The notes beneath the pieces were generated by a model, which had not been told where the DNA came from, did no database searches, and worked only from the letters and a program-made list of their open reading frames with translations. Position numbers and translations under genes: made by a program. DNA of 64,000 nucleotides from Veleropilina oligotropha (Eukaryota), in contig JBEUKZ010000096.1 in assembly GCA_048128005.1 (NCBI GenBank), forward strand, positions 248,001 to 312,000. The letters run 5' to 3'. How positions within the stretch are numbered: position 1 is the stretch's first letter; each line of letters opens with the position of its first letter. This document shows positions 26,701-41,700 of this stretch, piece after piece.

Positions 26701-29700
26701 AGACTCACTCACTCACTCTGATGGATAGCTAAGGAACTTAGCCAAGTCTGATAGCAAAACGACTCAATAATCCGACAATTTTCACAAACTGGAATTCATT
26801 GAAACCTGTAACAGCCAAGGTTCAGAAAAGCTCCAAAACGCACACAACATACAAGGATCTGGCCATGGCATTCATTATTTTCTACTGTTGGATAGATGAA
26901 AAACATCTTCTAAAAGAGAATATTTGGCTTGCTTTGAATTGGAGAATTACGACTTTTGCTTTCCACAAATCCAATGTCTTTTTAGTTGCACTGCTCACAG
27001 TTGTCTAAGCTTAAATTTCACGGATCAAATTTATAATTTAGCAATGGTCTTGCTTTTATTGACAAATTGAAACTTTGTAAAAATGTCACAAAATCGACAA
27101 ATAAAGAGCAATGCAGCTAAATAACCCACTTTATTTCTGTTTCGGCCACATGGTATAGCAATGGATGGGCATCGAAACTGGAAACCATTTATTTCCACCA
27201 AATGAAATCCATCTGCATGTTATTTTTGCACCCACCTTATTTCGCCGACAACGGCTTGGCACAGCACCTGAAATGAGAAACAGATTAGCTAGGCTTTGGT
27301 CGTCAACCAAATAACCTGCCCAGATTACTGTCTGTTTCTCAAAGGGATAATATATATACACCTCCAACAACATTCAATAAGTGACATAGTATTCATAACA
27401 CGCTTGCTTCTGAAAAGGCTATTGCAGTCAAGCAATCAGAAGCATTTAATTGGTGGAATGATTTCATGGAGACAACCAATCAGATTGAGCCACCAGAATG
27501 TCATTGTAGCATGTATTTTGGCTTTCCTTGTCAAATAAATTCTGAAAAGGAAACGGACTGAAAAGGAAATATATAGTGATGCCGAGAATTGATCCTTAAC
27601 TACATGTACAAACAAGAGCTGTCAGAAGGACAGCATGCTCGACCCTTCATGCAAAATGTTAACCTGAAGTTTGACGCCAACGCCAACGACAGGGTGACTG
27701 CAATAGCTCGTACTATTTTAGAATAGTCGAGCTAAAAATGGAAACGTATTCGATGATAAAGTCATGATATGACACCAATAATATGACATGGGTTGAAGGC
27801 AAGCAAATTCAATGCAGGCATCTTCATATTAAACCAACAGCTACGAACTTTTCACATGACACAGCTTTATTAGGGGCTGTACCTTTGTGGGAAGTTTTGG
27901 GGAATGTTAATAGCAAATTGTTCAGAAGTTTAAGCTCAGAGAGGCGGGTTTGGTTTTGGATCGATGCTTATTGGCCCATTTTAAGGGTAGGGGCTGGTCG
28001 AAAAATGACAGTATGCTGTATCTCAGGAACTACATAAGATATCATCATGAAATTTGGACAGTATGCATAGATGCTTAGGACAAGGCCACAGACCAAATTT
28101 GGTTGCCATAGCTTCATGGTTGCCATGTTTACCGCCCAAAAATCCATTTTGGGTGACATGCAATTTTCAATAAAATCGTTTGTTCTCGTCTTTATTAATA
28201 CTAGCTTATGGTACCCGTCTTCGCCGGGTAAGTCCCCCCACCCCAATTTTTTTTTTTTTTTTTTTTGGATAGTGCTCCCTTAAATATTTTTTTTTTTTCC
28301 CGAATTTTCCGAATTTTTTTCGTGGTAAACCTTCCTTGGGGGACCCCGATTAACCCCCCAAAGTTTGAAGGTCCTAGGTCAAAGCGTCTGGGAGGAGTTC
28401 AACTTGAAACAGACAGACAGACAGACACACACACATACAATTATAGCTCCATTATATTAAGATAACTCCAAAATGAGTTGTATCATGTAGTAATATACTA
28501 TTTATATTGAAATAAATGTTGAAAATAGCAATATATATATACTGAGTCAAAAAAGAAACTTCACAGTCTTTCTTCTGGGCACTAAAAAAGAACAAGAGAT
28601 GGTAAAATGGTTAAATTGTTATTATTTCATTGCTGAGATGTGTGTGATGTACTCGATACACTGACAGTGCCACAATCAGTTCCATTAGGCTACACCGCCG
28701 TTCCAAAACATGTGTATACAGAATGTCAAGTCACAAGAATAGAAATTCGAAATTTCTCAGTTCAATATCGTGTATGGCCGCCTCGCGCATTCACCACTGC
28801 CAAACACCGTCTCCTCATCGACCGCCTGATGCTTGTGAACACGTGGTTGGGGATTCTGCGCCATTGCTCTTGCAAGGCAGCGCCAAGTTCCTGCAAATTC
28901 TGTGGTTGGTGTCTAAGACCACGAAGCCTTCTCCCAAGTGCATCCCAAACGTGCTCGATTGGATTAAGGTCAGGGGACCTGATGGCCAGTCCATGACGTT
29001 TATTCCAGCGTTTTGAAGGAAATTTCGTGTCAACATCGCGGTATGCGGCATCGCATTATCATGCTGGAAATGTAGACCTGGGCCATGAGCCGCCATGAAA
29101 GGAACGAGTTCAGGGTCGCGATAAGCAGCAGCTGTGATGTTTCCACGAATGACCAGAAGTCGAGAACGGTTGTTCCCACAGAAAGCACCCCACACCATGC
29201 AACTTCCGCCCCCCGAATATGTCCACTTCCTGCACACAACACTGGGCATACCGTTCACGACGTCGTCTCCAGACTCTATGCCTGCCGTCCGCGAATCTGA
29301 GGGTAAACCTTGATTCATCGCTAAAGACGACTCGATTCCAGTCTCTTTGGGTCCATCGGAGGTGACGTTGGGCCCACAGCAGACGTTGACGTCGATGAAA
29401 TGGCGTAAATATTGGCCCACGATATGGACGTCGAGGATGGAGATTGGCAGCCCGCAACTGATTTCGAATGGTCTGTGAGGACAGTCGACCTCTAAACATC
29501 TCAGCCCTGGTTCGTGCAGCCGGCAGAAATCTGTCACGTAGGTGACGTAGGACGATGTAACGGTCTTCTGCTCGTGACGTTACACGTGGACGACCCGACC
29601 TTGGGCGATCAGAAGTGGTGCCAGTTTCTTGTAGACGAATTCGCAAGTCATACACAGTACGACGGCTGCATCCCATTGCTCTTGCGACGTCAATAACTGA

Positions 29701-32700
29701 TCTTCCCGCGTGTAACATGCCAACGGCACGTTCACGTTGCACATTTGACAATCGTGGCATTTAAAGTACCGTTAGAACCGTGGTTTAAAAGTGTTTTTTC
29801 AATTCCTGAGGCCAATGCAAACAAGTGCAAATGAAATCAACATCGATGTGAAGATTACGTGACCGACTGCACGTGCAAAACCTGATTTGGCACTAACGTC
29901 ATTTGCACGAGGAATGGATGAGTTTGAGGGGGGTTTGCTAACGTTTTTCTAGCGTCGAAAGATAGGGATCCCATTTCGGATACATAGATGTATCATCAGA
30001 GAAAAATTATTCATTACTTTTTCAAATTACATTTTGTGAAGTTTCTTTTTTGACTCAGTATAGTTTTATTATTATTTTTCGCTATATTATGTGCATACAC
30101 ATTTTTGGTCACATGACCTACAATATTTGGGTACCCAAAAATCCGTAACCAAATGTTCAATGGCGATGATACATAGATAATTCAGTGTAAAATGGGTTAT
30201 TTTAGAATACTGGAAAGTTTCAACCTGATCCCTCAAGAGGTTTTGGAGAAAGATTAAATCAAAATGTTTAGAATGTGCCAAAATGGCGAACTGAGATATT
30301 CGTGATGGTATTCATTGCAGGCAGTACACGTCAATATCTAAGGAGTTGACAACACAATTGAACTTCCAAATTGAAGTTTTATTTGTATTTTTACAAGTTC
30401 GACATAACAGGTCATAAACAGCTTCATTTAGTCATGAAATATTAATTATTCCATTGGAATTATCGTCTGGCAACGTGTCTTCCTCCATATGTACATCCAC
30501 CTTAGTAACCTCCCATTGAATTTTAAAATACCAATTTTACTTTTAGAAATGGAGTCAATATTTACAGTACGATAAACTATCTTTCTGTACATCCAAACAT
30601 AAGTCTGGGTTGCTTTATCATTTTGATTCAAAACGTTTTCATTTGAAACTGCTTCATTTGGAAGGTTATTCGCGATGCATTTGAAATGTTTGAAGTATCA
30701 ACAACCGCGCCGACGATGTCAGAAACGACCTGCTTCCTGCCTCTACTTTCACCCGTACACTTGCGTTTTTCTTTAAATATTCTCTCTTTGTAATGATTAG
30801 ACATGTTAACAACGATAATTAGCAAAAATAACGCGTTATCTACATTTTTATACCCAATTTATAACGATTTACTCAGTTTAATCGAAATTTTCAGAACACG
30901 CATGGCTGGTGAAAAACACTTTGCGCATGCGCGAGATTACATGTGACGAGATTTGACCAATCCTGAAGCGGGTTTCCTCGGAATCCCAACACAAACTATA
31001 TTTAAACAGAAACTAGGTCGATTCTGTTGCGTTTTATTTAAATACAACTACAGAACTAAAGAGAACGAAATAAAATACTCAGAACGAGGCTACAGAAGGA
31101 GAAAATCTGTTTATTATAGTACCAAGATGGCGACGTGGCGTAATGGATTCCCGAAGCTCTGTCCTCAAAGTTGACGTATATTTGATGTTTTTGTACAAAA
31201 ATTGACAAAATAAAGCGACCATTGCTATAGCAAACTATCAAAATGAACATATTTTCGACAAATTTCGATTAAACAGGTATTTCTATATTGTAAAGTAGTA
31301 TTTAACATTGCCGAAAATGACAAAAATTCAAAAGTGATATCTTCATGCAAAAATAGTATTTGTCGACCCGCGCCTACCCTTAATACTGTTTAGGGTCAAA
31401 TCAGGACAACATGTTGATATTATTTATTGTCAGAGGAATCCTAGTCGTCACAAAAACCTGCATACACAAAATGCCCAGCGGAGGATTCTAACCCACTCCT
31501 GTTAGAGGAGTCAGTCGATTGAAGTGGGGGTAAAGTTCCTATCCAATACAACATTCTATGGCCATTTAGTTATTTGTCTATCTGGGGCCTGTTTCACGTA
31601 CATGACTTAGGCTATAGCCTAAGTCGGTTATTTTCACGAAAAAAAAATGGTGGACACCACCTGCTTCGAATATCATGTAGCGAATTAAACATATTTTAGC
31701 TCTACATCGAGGCATACCACTACTTTAACTACAAGTCATTTTCATGAAAATATATTATTATCGATTTTAGAGATAATAATTATTAGTTTAGAAAGAAAAC
31801 AAATATATGTCAAGCGTCGTACATTTCACTCCAGGGAGACAACTCTACCATATCGCCTTATTTTGACAGCGGGCTGCATCTTGAAATATCTAGTCGACTA
31901 TCAAATCCTTAGCCACCTATGTAGCTGGCTAAGGCGGAGTTGTCTCCCTGGAGTGAAATGTACGACGCTTGACATACATTTGTTTTCTTTTTAAACTAAT
32001 AATTATTATCTTACTTTAGCTCTTAATACTGCAATCTGATTGATTAACGTTCCTTCGACAATTACCGTATTCCCCACCCAGGCGGGGTATATGAATTATT
32101 TATACCTTACGTAGTTGTGTGTACTATTGTGATTTGGAGCACCCTCGAAGACAAGGGAGATAATTGGGAACATGTCGTCTGCCAAAACATCAATACAAAT
32201 GTTAAGTCATGGAATCGTACATCGTTTCGAAAATTATACATCAACTTCATCTTGTATTCGTAACGGTTTACACTTTTGACATTTTCATGTAAAATAAAAT
32301 ATTCCATTATCCTTATTTAGTTAATTTTGGTGTTTACTTCAGCTTCCTATTATTCTCCTGCGGAGAGACGTCATTTCTCTACCGTACTGTACAGAGTATT
32401 CTTAATTTCTCTGCCTGGAGAGCGACGGTTGCTAGGCATTATTATTACATTCTAATGGGCGCGTCGGAATATCTTCAACATATAAATAATGTATATTGGT
32501 ATGCATGTATTTGCAGGGCTGGACAAATTTGAAAAAAAGTTACTAGCCCAAGGGCTAGTTGGATTCAACATTTTACTAGCCCTGCTCAATGTCACACTAG
32601 CCCGACTTTTCCGAAATGTTATAAATAATATTAATTTCCAGGGTGAGGTGGTGATAGAGTTTGATCCTTCTTCATTACACGCATTTATAGTCTTCAACAA

Positions 32701-35700
32701 TGAAAATGAACATGTACAAATTTAAAATTTTGTTTATGTGCACAAACATACTAGTATCAAATACATAAAAGGACAAGACATTATCAAATGGTCCATGTCA
32801 TCTGTCATAAAATCATGAGTTGGAAGTAAATACATCATATGAATATGTTAGACTGTATAATCACATTTAACATACACTATATATATACAACAGAGGTCCT
32901 AGCAGACAAAGGTCAAGACATAATCCGAACGCATCGTTCTTGTTTTAAATAATTTCACTTTTATATCAATAACAACGACATTGTCTGAAAAAATTGAACT
33001 CAGCTTTGTAATATATTTTTTAAGCCATAGGTATTAATGATAGAATCACCATTTTATAATATTTAAAATTAAGTGTTTATTATTATATCAGTTATTTATC
33101 TAATACCAATCTGCATGAATCTACATGATATAAAATACTATTAAATTAATTGTAAAAGAAATTATTTTGAAGTTTGAGTATTAATATTTTGTAATTTTCA
33201 TTTTTTTTAGAAAATTCCCAATTACATTATAATTTTTAGTTATCTCCCTTTGATTATAACAGTTCTCCCACAGACGTGATTTGTTAATTTTCAAGTTTCA
33301 TTTTCATTTATTTTCTTTCTTATGCATGTTGCAATGCAATTTTAAACTATTTTATGCTTATATACTAAGGTTGCATTAATTAAATTAAATAAGGATTAAA
33401 AAAGCTTCATTAAATAACCTCGTGAGCAAAATGGCGGGGAAGGTATTGAACTCTCCCAGATGGGGAAGGTTAGGTTTATATTAACATACAACTTTCTTAC
33501 AATTGGATGCAACTTTCGTTATTATATCATCATGCTGGTATATTCATCTAAGCAAACACTCCATGTGTTGTTGTATTTTAATTTTTACTTTCTTTAATTC
33601 ATTATCTATACACGCATGGAAATTATTTAAGCTATTCACACCCCCAATTCCACACTTCCGCTTCCATTGTAAAGTTCTAGGATTACTTCAGGCGAAGGTC
33701 GAGGAGACATTGTTGATTATAATTTGCCTGGCCATTTCCTTTCAGATACAATAGAAGGTAATTAGCTGTGACTAGTTTGTCTTTGAATAAACAATTGTTA
33801 ATTGATATTGTGTAAATATTTGATTGCTCAAAATATACAGACAACATATTTGATGGGGATTATTTCGCAAAACTGACATGAGATTTGACCAAAACGTAGT
33901 GCATTTCGATTTTGAAAACACGTTGAGCGAAGCCCTTTTTGCTACAAACAAAACATACTAGTCCGGCGGGCTATCTCGATATACATCCACACTAGTCCGA
34001 TTGCATAATTTGCGATTTTTCACTAGTCCCGGGCGTCGGGCTGGTGCATTTGTCCAGCCCTGGTATTTGCCACAAACTTACTTTGTGTGTTTTTCAATAA
34101 TCATGCCAATCCTGCTAAAATATCACAGTTATAACGAAAGAAATATTTTTTATATTGAACATGAAGCTTTACACATGATCTTCGACAGAGCTGAAATCAT
34201 AATTTTAGGAACGCGGTTTTTTAGTAACTACAATAGAATATTTAAAATGGGTTCTTTTACGGAGAAACGAAGTTGGAATAGAAACTTGTTCAAAAGGCAT
34301 GATTTTATTTTATTGAAGTAAGATAAATTCGTTGTCGGCATAGCCCTCGTGAAATATGGGTCTATGTACCGTTAGACCCATACATAGACCCATATTCCCC
34401 TCGGGCAATGCCGACAACTTATATTATCTCTAATTACGATAATAATATATTTTCATGAAAATGACTTACATTTAAATTAGTGGTATGCATCAATGTAGAA
34501 CTAAAATATATTTAATTGGCTACATGATATTCGAAGCGGGTGGTGTCCACCATTTTTTTTCGTGAAAATAACCGACTTCATGTACGTGAAACGGGCCCCT
34601 GGGCTCTATTTACATGATAGCCCAATTTGGGACATATAATTCAATTCTTCTTTCAGAGATAGAATTTCAAATAGTTCATCCATAATGACGCCTCTCACCT
34701 TCAATGTTCTTTTTCACTGTCCACACGGCGTTAGGGTTACCGGGCAGCTCTGATACGGCCATCTCAGACACCTGCGATAATCAACAATAGTGTGAGTGGA
34801 ACAGAGAGCAATCACTTGACGACGAAATATTACAGCAGCTCAATTATGCAATTATTACATCAATCAAAAAAATATTTTGATGTTATGTAGGAATATCCTT
34901 CTAAACACAGAAAATAGATCAACACACTACTTGCAAATTGATAATCCAACTTGAAAAATATGAAATTAGCATCAATGATATATTTTTTATTTCCATAGAT
35001 TATATCACATGTATGGAAGGATATCATACAGATCACTATTTAGTGATATGATCATATCATACCTCCAAACCATGCCTCAACACACGGAGGGTAGACCGCG
35101 GTCCTCGACCACACAGCGTGTACAGCTGTGGTGTGTCTTCATTCGCCAAATCAGCAATCTACGAAGAAAGATGAACAGAAGGCATATTATAGCTTTGTTA
35201 CAATGTATGCTGCACAAATAAATGTTAATATTTTTTGCCAGTTTCACCTACGATTCATCAATTTTGTAAGTACTGACTGGGACTAACGTTTCTTCACGTC
35301 GTGAATATTTACTTGGCCATAGCAAATCTGCATGAAAACTATGGACGCTTAAACCTAGCAACTCACTATTCTAATATGTCGTCAAATGCATTGAAAGGGC
35401 CACATGGAAAAGAACAAATCTATGCAAACCACATTTTATAATATACATGCTAAATTAAATGATCTTACATGAAATATATTCATTAAAAAGCAAAAAACAA
35501 ACTTAGCAGTTAATTTTTGTAAAATATAAGCTATGGCCAATAATAACCATTAACTCATTGTGTACATACGTCATTTTGTGACGTCGCCCCTAGTGACGTC
35601 TTTATAGGCTGCTCCCCAGAGCTTGTGTGAGATGACGTCAATTATTGACTTTGTGCATATAATTCATATCAACTTGGATTAAGTTACATTGTATCAATAA

Positions 35701-38700
35701 AGCTATGTATCATTTCTGTGCTGTACAAGCTGAATAAAGACTACTTTATTTATGTTTAGTTACTGTTTTCATGTTTCAATAAAGTTTATTATTTGGAATT
35801 GACTAATATCAGTGCATACTAACTGTTACTAGTTGTAAGTGCAAATAAAATCTGCAACACGTTGTTATTATGGTTGTACGATGGTAAGTCTTGTTTACAA
35901 CAATTTTTTATTGACAATATATATTTATCTTGTATTTTCATGATTTTAAAAAGAATATTTAATTTAGAACAATAGTGAAGTTGAAAATTTAACATGATAT
36001 TCATATAATACTATTGCGAATGCAAATAGTAAATACAGCCATTGGCTCGAAGTTAACATCACGCGTGTTTGGCGTTTTAAAATATCGCAAAAGTTTGACA
36101 CAATCACATTGTAGAAAAAGTGTTAATAAATAAAAAATGTATTTTCATATCGTTTTCAATATCTACAAATGTCAATAACATACAGCGATAGTTACATATA
36201 CTAAATTTTAGTAAAATAAACATGAAAACACCTCACCGGTCCATTTTATTCCAACTTTCAAAGCTTGTCCATTCTGAATAGGGCGACGGCGAATTCCCGA
36301 TTTATAAACGCACGTATTTTCGTCGGGATAACTATTATATTGTTGACATAATTACCGAGAAAGTTAAAATAGCATTTAAAATTATCAATTGTTCAAAAAT
36401 ATGTCGAAAAGAACCTCTATCGTCAAATATAAAGCCAGCACCTTTAAACAGATCAGCATGACCCAGAAAACACGATTCTATGCAGTCAAAATGGCTGCAT
36501 TAGTTATCGCCAAAACAAGGGAATCCCGATTTGACCCCAATTATTTCTGATGCTGTACGCTCGAAAATTGTTGTTTCGGATTTAAAGTAATGTTTAAGTA
36601 TACATATTAATATTTATTATGATATTTTTACTATAAATAATAATGTATATGATGTAACATCGATGTCTTCGAATCCACAATAAATGAACGACCCCCGTAT
36701 CCGGGATCGCGGCATGACAAGCCAATTTATAATATGCTTTTAATCCTCATGCTAGAAATACAATTTATATATTATTCGAACAATATTTACAGGGTTCCTA
36801 CACTAGTTAAATCAATGTAGGAATTCCCTGACAAAAATTTCAGTTTTCCATTGATGATGCATTAATATATTGATATTAATGTTCAGTTGCTGTTTAATTT
36901 ATTTAATTTGCATTGTATATTTTCGTCAGATAAATGGGCTATCGGAACCAATTTATCAAACTCTCAGCAGATGTTTTGCTTTAGTGATATGCAAATTAGG
37001 GTATGGCAGGCAGCTTGCCAAATAGCCAGGTGTTCAAGTCCTGAGCTCTGCTGCTGCTATTTATAAACATAGTCTTTGATGTACACAGGAGAGCTTCAAC
37101 AAATTGAATGTGTTGTCTACTGACATTTATAGCCATGGTCTTGACTGTGGATAATATACTAGACATTGGAAAGTAACGAGCAAAACTGAAATTAGCCAGT
37201 GAATTGCGCAGGGATGGGCATATTTTGTAACCATGTATATCTTTAATTTGATTTGCCCTGATTTTAACATTATTGACAAAATCCCCTGATATTCCCTGCA
37301 GGGAACGCAAATACTGTTTTTCCCTGATATTCCAGAAATTCCCTGATATTTAAGTAAAACTTGGAATGCATGGACTTGTAAAAACGATGCATAAAAAATA
37401 CATCGCCATTTCACCAAAGGCCTAAAGCGAAAGTAATACGGCGAATGTACTCACTTGGGTACATTCGCCGTATTGCTTTCGCCATATTACAGGGAAACTA
37501 AAATTAATACCGATACATTAATTTCGTTTTTATTTATGGTAATGGATCAATATTTTTGTTAAAGTATTCCATAATTCATTTTATTCAACAAAATGGATTT
37601 GTCACGATATAATAACTGCTTAACTTTCCTGGCGCAATGTTATTGCCGCAAATTTAGACTACATTTTATATACGCTTTGTCGTAGCTTGGGTTGCATCTC
37701 GCGTCACACGGTAGGGTATATGTTTAAAGTTTAATAAACACATCACCAAACTAATTAATATCAGCTATCATTCAACATTTTCTAGACATAATATTACACT
37801 GTGACATCTAGCTGTGTCTGACAAGTGTTCGTCGATCCTGCATGCTAAGTTGTAAACAAAAGCGCGTCATGCTGTGATGTCACTGTCTGGCAAGTCACTG
37901 CCAGGTGTTAAATTTGACCCAGTTTCGCGGGTTTGCATATGCTTAAATCATACTAGCCAATGAAAACAAAAACAAATTGCCAAACAAGACTTAAAAGACA
38001 TCGTTTTATTGGTCAACTATTGCATGGAGAGCTCCAGACTGTCGCAAATCAGCGACTTTGTAACACGCGACGTCGGGCCCGCTTTTTGACGGGCATGGGG
38101 ATTATAGTGGGTGAATTTAGCACGTCTGTAGACGTGATTGGGGACTCGGAGCACATAAATACAACGTCAAAAGGCGGGCTTGGTACGTAATGAGTTAAGG
38201 GTAGGCGCGGGTCGACCAATACTATTTTTGCATGAAGATATCACTTTTGAGTTTTTGTCATTTTCGGCAATGTTAAATACTATTTTACAATATAGAAATA
38301 CCTGTTTAATCGAAATTTGTCGAAAATATGTTCATTTTGATAGTTTGCTATAGCAACGGTCGCTTTATTTTGTACATTTTTGCACAAAAACATCAAATAT
38401 ACGTCAACTTTGAGCGTACGGAGCTTCGGGAAGCCATTACGCCACGTCGCCATCTTGGTACTATAATAAACAGATTTTCTCCTTCTGTAGCCTCGTTCTG
38501 AGTATTTTATTTAGTTCTCTTTAGTTCTGTAGTTGTATTGAAATAAAACGCAACAGAATCGACCTAGTTTCTGTTTAAATATAGTTTGTATGGGATTCCG
38601 AGGAAACCCGCTTCACGATTGGTCAAATCTCGTCACATGTAATCTCGCGCATGCGCAAAGTGTGTTTTTCACCAGCCATGTGTTTTCTGGATGTTTCGAT

Positions 38701-41700
38701 TAAACTGAGTAAATCGTTATAAATTGGGTATGAAATGTAGATAACGCGTTATTTTTGCTAATTATCGTTGTTAACATGTCTAATCATTACAAAGAGAGAA
38801 TAATGAAAGGAAAATGCAAGCGTACGGGTGAAAGTAGAGGCAGGAAGCAGGTCGTTTCTGACATCGTGGGCGCGGTTGTTGATACTTCAAACATTTCAAA
38901 TGCATCGCGAATAACGTTCCAAATGAAGCAGTTTCAAATGAAAACTTTTTGAATCAAAATGATAAAGCAACCCAGACTTATGTTTGGATGTACAGAAAGA
39001 TAGCTGCGCGTACTGTAAATATTGACTACATTTCTAAAAGTAAAATTTGTTATTTTAAAATTCAAAGGGAGGTTACTATGGTAAATGTACATACATAGGA
39101 AGACACGTTGCCAGACGATAATTCCAATGGAATAATTAATATTTCACGACTAAATGAAGCTGTTTCTGACCTGTTATGTCCAACTTGTAAAAAAACAAAT
39201 AAAATTTCAATTTGGAAGATCAATTGAATTGTCAACTTCTTTGATATTGTGACCAAAAATGTGTATGCACATAATATAGCGAAAAATAATAATAAAACGA
39301 TATATATTGCTATTTTCAACATTTATTTCAATATAAATAGTATATTACTACATGATGCAACTCATTTTGGGGTTATATTAATATTAAAAGACGAGAACAA
39401 ACAATTTTATTGAAAATTGCATGTCACCCAAAATGGAGTTTTGGGCGGTAACCATGGCAACCATGAAACTATGGCAACCAAATTTGGTATGTGGCCTTGT
39501 ACTAAGCATTTATGCATACTGTCCAAATTTCATGATAATATCTTATGTAGTTCCTGAGATACAGCATACTGTCATTTTTCGACCAACCCCTACCCTTAAA
39601 TCAGTATGCTGTTTTACCACAAGTCTCGAAACTATTAAAAATGGTTTTCAAAAACTACAAGTGCAAATTCTTTTAAACTTGCCAGATTTGTAGAGTAGAA
39701 TGCCCTGGACTGAGCCATATAGGTTTCAAATAAATTGAACAACATAAAAAAGATTTACAGATGTCCATATATGGTAAGTCATGTGACCGAATTGTGTACT
39801 ATTACATATATATGTATAACATACATAAAATAGTCATAAAACATATCAAAAAAGTTCCAGCGCAGTAAACAAGCCATTTTTAACCATGAATAAAATCATT
39901 TTCTATCTGTTATTTACTCTTTTCTTTATTAACGATTTTTAATAGTAATGCATATACCATAATATCGTAATTTGCCTGTTGCCATGGCAACCACTAAAAA
40001 TAAAATATCCAAAATGTGCATGCACACTTGTATTAACCATATATACATCATGTCCAAATTTCATGAAGATATCTGCAATAGTTCTTGAGATATACAATAT
40101 GACCATTTGTCGACCAGCCCCTACCCTTAAAGGAATGGTTCAGTCAAGTTATCTTACATTGCTTTAAACCGCATTACTAGCTTTCAGTTTTAACAACAGA
40201 GTCAATATATTGTCGTTATCGTATTTAAAAACTGAGTACAACATTGCACACGCAATTATTTTTATCTAAATTCATGCCAATTCGTCCAATGCGGGCTGCC
40301 ATCAATACTGGAGGCTAGAAAATATTGACCAATCAGAGACGCGCTTATAATTTCCACGTCACCGGTGCTTACACAAACAACTTCCGCTTCTGCGGTGTGT
40401 ACACTTTCACTGTCAGGTATGGCACACAGTCAGATTGTAGGTTACGCTTTTGAGCCAGAATACAGTGCACAACAACTACATGCAATTGCATTGATATCTG
40501 ATGCGGAGGACAGCGACGATCGTGATTCCGCCAGTCCGACTTCAAGTCGTATTGAAAATGCCGACTGGTGCGTGTGCAGCAATTGCCGAGTTATGCCATC
40601 CGCGGATGAATGTTTTTGTTGTGCGGAGTCTGATGCTGTTGTCGCTAAGGCCGATTCCATGGGTCATGTTGGATGCATAACATCATCTGAACGATTTAGA
40701 ACGTTGTGTTTAGATGAAGATGTTTTAACACTGGCGCTGATGACGGTCCATGACACGCTGAGAAAGGGACCGCTCGATAACCCCATACAAAACAGGTAGA
40801 CACCATGATCATGACCATGCAGGCACATATAGGCCTACGTATTCGCATGTATTTTGAAACATATTTTACAAAGGTGATTGTTTTCTTTGGCCATAGTTGT
40901 TAATATCTTTTTAGTTACTGAAACATGCACTTCAATACATGTAGGGCCTAATTAAAATCACATATAGTGTTGCAATATTTCACACCATTTTACTAAACAG
41001 TTCGGGGAGAAGTCACTTTTCGAGATATATATCCCGATTGGGATATATCTCAATCGGGATATAAAATATATCCCGATCGGGATATTTAATTTCAAAAATC
41101 AGTTTTTGCAATCAATTAACAAAAATCTAGCAAATGCAAGTATATGAGAGGCTATATAAGTCAATAATGTTATCAAATGATGCCGTACTGGTCCTTAATT
41201 TAACGGCGAAAAATCGGCAAAAATATCCGATTTCGTCAATTTTCAGCCGTGAAAGTAAGGACCACCGAGGCGCAATTTCAAAGCATTATTTACATATATT
41301 GGCTTACATATACTTACACTTGCTAGATTTTTGTTATTTGGCTGCAAAAAACGAATTTTAAAATTGTATATCCCGATAGGGATATATTTTATATCCCGAA
41401 AAGTGACTTCTCCTCAACCTGCTAACGTTTTATACGGATTTTCTCCAACTTCAACAATGTTTTAGGTACTTCCAAGTACATTTTTAATACAGGTCAACCG
41501 TCTCACCGTTAATTATTTAGAGTAAACTCGCCGCCATCGCAACTCACCGTGACATATTCCAAATAAATAAACATCAACAAATTATCATGATAAAAATACC
41601 GACATGATTATTTGGTTTCTTATATTTAGCAGTGGGTCAATAAGCAGTAATGTTTTTATTCAATAAAATGGGTTTCACATTTGAAACACGCTTTAACAAT

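Larger units (their letters stand above)
27985..31379 (-). mobile_element. Non-autonomous Kolobok-like element, copy 2 (inverted, short form) with nested Helitron and Tc1
   Basis: TTAA both sides; reverse-complement homology to 12966-14198 and 38199-39595. Confidence 0.85.

Noticed and set aside
40365..40799. P2X purinoceptor 7 gene
   Set aside because: No channel or transmembrane exons; only the Cys-rich domain, inside Kolobok TIRs.
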